Source: Methanomassiliicoccaceae archaeon
GTDB lineage: Archaea > Thermoplasmatota > Thermoplasmata > Methanomassiliicoccales > Methanomassiliicoccaceae
DNA: 64,000 nucleotides
Reading direction: 5' to 3'
Assembly: GCA_963728405.1 (NCBI GenBank)
Contig: CAVSJV010000007.1
Span: 256,001-320,000 of the forward strand
This document shows, in pieces, positions 61,590-64,000 of this stretch; position 1 is the first letter of the stretch, and the number at the start of each line of letters is the position of its first letter. A program made the translations under genes and the position numbers. The notes under the pieces are model-generated. The model was not told where the DNA came from. It saw nothing but the letters and a program-made list of their open reading frames with translations, and did no database searches.

Positions 61590-62222
61590 TCAGCTCAGCT
61601 GGGCGTCCGGAGCAGGAACCGAGAAGGCCACATTGCCGGAGATCTTTTGGATCTTGACCTTCAGGCGGGTGCCCTTCGATGCGCCGGGCACATAGATGAT
61701 GTACTTGTCGAGCTTGGCCACGCCGTCGCCCTTACGGCCGACGTCCTCGACCATGACCTCATACACGCCGCCTTCTTTGATGCCCTCTTTCTCCGTTACC
61801 TTGGTGAACTTGCGCACGTTGACCGGGCGGTGGGCTCCACAGGCTTCGCATTCCAGGACCAGGATGCGTCCTTCCTTGTTGATCTTAGTATCGGGTCTTC
61901 CGCACTCCGAACATAGTACGAAGGTCTCGGTGTAGTTCAAGATCCGGTCGGCGATCTGGGCTGGGGTGAGCTTGGCCTTAAGGATGAGCCTCTGTCCTTC
62001 GATGAAACCGGGTGTCCCCAGTTCCCGCAGCAGGTACTGCAGCAGGTGGTCCGGCTCCCGGCGCAAAGCATCGATTATCTGACCGAAGTTACGGACCGTG
62101 GTCACCTTCCCTTCCAGGAAGATGTCCGCCTCGGGTACCTTGAACCTCTCGTGCTTTTCGATGGTCTCGGGCAGACTGATTTTGGCCCGCTCTAGTAAGG
62201 ATAAGTAATCGTCATCAGGCAT
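61590..62222 (-). CDS. eif2b: Translation initiation factor aIF2 beta with C-terminal TRAM domain
   Basis: LRELGT, CSECGRPDT, CEACGA zinc ribbon, GRKGDGVAK TRAM. Confidence 0.95.
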   Translation of the reverse strand: MPDDDYLSLLERAKISLPETIEKHERFKVPEADIFLEGKVTTVRNFGQIIDALRREPDHLLQYLLRELGTPGFIEGQRLILKAKLTPAQIADRILNYTETFVLCSECGRPDTKINKEGRILVLECEACGAHRPVNVRKFTKVTEKEGIKEGGVYEVMVEDVGRKGDGVAKLDKYIIYVPGASKGTRLKVKIQKISGNVAFSVPAPDAQLS

Positions 62223-62265
62223 GATATCATCCTCTCAAGCGGCTCCGCTAATATAAACCTAGCTG

Positions 62266-62742
62266 TCAGCTGGAAAGCGCCTTGAACATTCGAACCGTTC
62301 TGACCAGATCGCCGTTGGGATTGACATCCTCCGATTCGGAAGATCGGAGGTAACCCAGGTGGAGATACCACTCGATGTTGCGGGGCTGCGAGGACCGTAC
62401 CTTTAACCAGATAACATCCTGTCCCGTCCGCTGGGCCTCATCCTCCAGCCACCTGACCATGGCGGTCCCGACACCTCGCCCCTGCTCCTTGCCACGGACG
62501 GCCAACCGGTGGAAGTAGAGGCCGTTCTTGATCAGATAGCGAACTGAACCGATCGCTTCTCCGTCCTGAAAGCACAGGGTAGCGCTCTCTCCGCTCTCCA
62601 TCTTCTCTCTGATCGAACCTGCGGTCTCGCTCAGCGCAGAGGTTGGGGGAACATCACACTGGTACTTTTCGAAAGCATCGATCATGATGGCGTGGACCAT
62701 CCCAGCCTCGTCCACCATTGCCCGCCTTATGAGTAGCGACAT
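62266..62742 (-). CDS. GNAT-family N-acetyltransferase
   Basis: RLAVRGKEQGRGVGT motif A; N..WY.HLGY. Confidence 0.88.
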   Translation of the reverse strand: MSLLIRRAMVDEAGMVHAIMIDAFEKYQCDVPPTSALSETAGSIREKMESGESATLCFQDGEAIGSVRYLIKNGLYFHRLAVRGKEQGRGVGTAMVRWLEDEAQRTGQDVIWLKVRSSQPRNIEWYLHLGYLRSSESEDVNPNGDLVRTVRMFKALSS

Positions 62743-62770
62743 TTCACCTCGAAAGGAAATGGAAGAGGGT

Positions 62771-64000
62771 TCAGAGGTCGTGCTTGTTGGCCTGCCTCTG
62801 CTTGTATTCCAGCGCCGCTTTGACCAGTCCAACGTGCAGGGGAGACGGCTTGCGAGGCCGTGACTTGAATTCTGGGTGGAACTGCGAGGCCACAAAATAG
62901 GGATGTCCCCTCAGCTCGCCGATCTCCATCTTGATGCCGTCCTCCGATTTACCGGTAAAGATCCATCCGCAACCTTCCAGCTGCTCGATGAACTCTGGAT
63001 TGACTTCAAAACGGTGGCGATGGCGTTCCATTATCTCCGAAGCGCCATAGAGCTCCTTGGCCATCGAGCCGTCCTTGATCAGGACCTTCTGCGCTCCCAG
63101 ACGCATGGAGCCGCCCTTGCTGGTCACGCCCTTTTGCTCCGGCAACAGATCTACCACTGGATACTTAGTCTGGGGATCCAGCTCGGTGGTATGTGCGCCC
63201 TCCAAGCCGAGAACATCCCTGGCGATCTCGATAGTGGCGATCTGGAAGCCTAGACAGACTCCCAGGAAAGGTATGTTCTTCTCCCGGGCGTGCTTGGCGG
63301 TCATGATCTTACCGTCGATGCCCCTGCTTCCGAACCCGCCGGGTATAAGGATGGCATCCACGCAGGCCAGCTCCTTGTTGACGCCGTCCTGCTCTACCTT
63401 CTCTGAGTCAAAGAAGCGGCACTCGACCTTGGTCCCCAGCTCGGCGCCGGCATGATGGAACGCTTCCAGATGTGAAAGATAAGAATCGGCTAGGTGAGTG
63501 TACTTGCCTACGATGGCGATGCGGACGGTGTTGGCCGGGTACAGTATTCGGTCCAGATACTCCCTCCACTGGCTGAGGTCCTTGGTCTGCGTATCGATCC
63601 CCAGTCGTTTCAGGATGTAGTCGGTGAGGCCCTGTTCTTCGAGGATGATCGGTACCTCGTAGATCGATTTGGCATCGGGGGCGGAGACGACCGCTTCCAG
63701 CGGCACGTCGCAGAACAGCGATATCTTGCGCTTGATGGAATACTCCAAGGTCTCGCAAGCCCTTGCCACGATCACATCCGGCTGGATACCGATGGCCCGC
63801 AGCTCCTTAACGGAGTGCTGGGTCGGCTTGGTCTTCTGCTCGCCGACAGTTCCCAGCATGGGGACCAATGTCGTGTGAACGAAGATGCAGTTCTGGCCGC
63901 GCCCCATCTCAGTGTTCATCTGGCGGACCGCCTCCAGGAAGGGCATGGACTCGATGTCGCCGACAGTCCCGCCAAGCTCAACGATGCATACGTCGCATTC
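62771..64000 (-). CDS. pyrG: CTP synthase, 5' part outside the window
   Basis: [42 protein letters not shown]. Confidence 0.97.
   Translation of the reverse strand, partial: ECDVCIVELGGTVGDIESMPFLEAVRQMNTEMGRGQNCIFVHTTLVPMLGTVGEQKTKPTQHSVKELRAIGIQPDVIVARACETLEYSIKRKISLFCDVPLEAVVSAPDAKSIYEVPIILEEQGLTDYILKRLGIDTQTKDLSQWREYLDRILYPANTVRIAIVGKYTHLADSYLSHLEAFHHAGAELGTKVECRFFDSEKVEQDGVNKELACVDAILIPGGFGSRGIDGKIMTAKHAREKNIPFLGVCLGFQIATIEIARDVLGLEGAHTTELDPQTKYPVVDLLPEQKGVTSKGGSMRLGAQKVLIKDGSMAKELYGASEIMERHRHRFEVNPEFIEQLEGCGWIFTGKSEDGIKMEIGELRGHPYFVASQFHPEFKSRPRKPSPLHVGLVKAALEYKQRQANKHDL

Noticed and set aside
1083-63878. Numerous long antisense or alternate-frame ORFs in the track (e.g. 7015-7785, 12913-13899, 46168-47211, 47708-48736)
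   Set aside because: They are shadows of GC3-rich real genes on the opposite strand and carry no recognisable motifs.
1-64000. tRNA, rRNA, CRISPR array, transposase or integrase
   Set aside because: No cloverleaf with a T-loop consensus, regularly spaced repeats or recombinase motifs were found by eye; tRNAscan-SE and cmscan would be needed to exclude them formally.

Overview
Archaeal chromosomal segment, most likely from a Methanomassiliicoccales (Thermoplasmata) methanogen. This is inferred from archaeal-type ribosomal proteins, an hdrA-mvhDGA cluster and an aIF2beta-TRAM fusion. It contains: (1) the complete S10-spc ribosomal superoperon on the minus strand (rpl3 to secY, DUF106, cmk, cbf5); (2) a CDF transporter, DUF5611 and RaSEA, then a small decayed accessory patch and a 7TM-DUF835 sensor; (3) an NADH/CoA-disulfide reductase plus SAMP pair; (4) a nitrogen locus (amtB-glnK, a small ORF, a GNAT, glnA); (5) tyrS, TetR, a GvpD/KaiC-like ATPase, HAD and DHH genes; (6) the exosome-proteasome superoperon, preceded by ftsZ and a RING-like/double-zinc-ribbon gene; (7) hdrA-mvhDGA; (8) phosphoesterases, nnr, srp19 and rps8e; (9) a decayed accessory island at about 55.6-59.2 kb; (10) presenilin, a zincin, aIF2beta, a GNAT and partial pyrG. 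Nine +1 insertions break housekeeping genes and are probably long-read errors; four of them fall at AC^GT sites. The most notable unexplained signal is a conserved, switch-like RNA element (GGCCUCACC...GGAC...CCGG...CGAG...CGACGAGG) in the long 5' leaders of both amtB and glnA, which can occlude both ribosome-binding sites. It is accompanied by a partial copy of the glnA leader downstream of glnK, palindromic operator candidates, uORFs and a small protein, and is a candidate undescribed archaeal nitrogen-sensing riboregulatory system. I found no tRNA, rRNA, CRISPR array or intact IS element by eye. All folds and alignments were done by hand.
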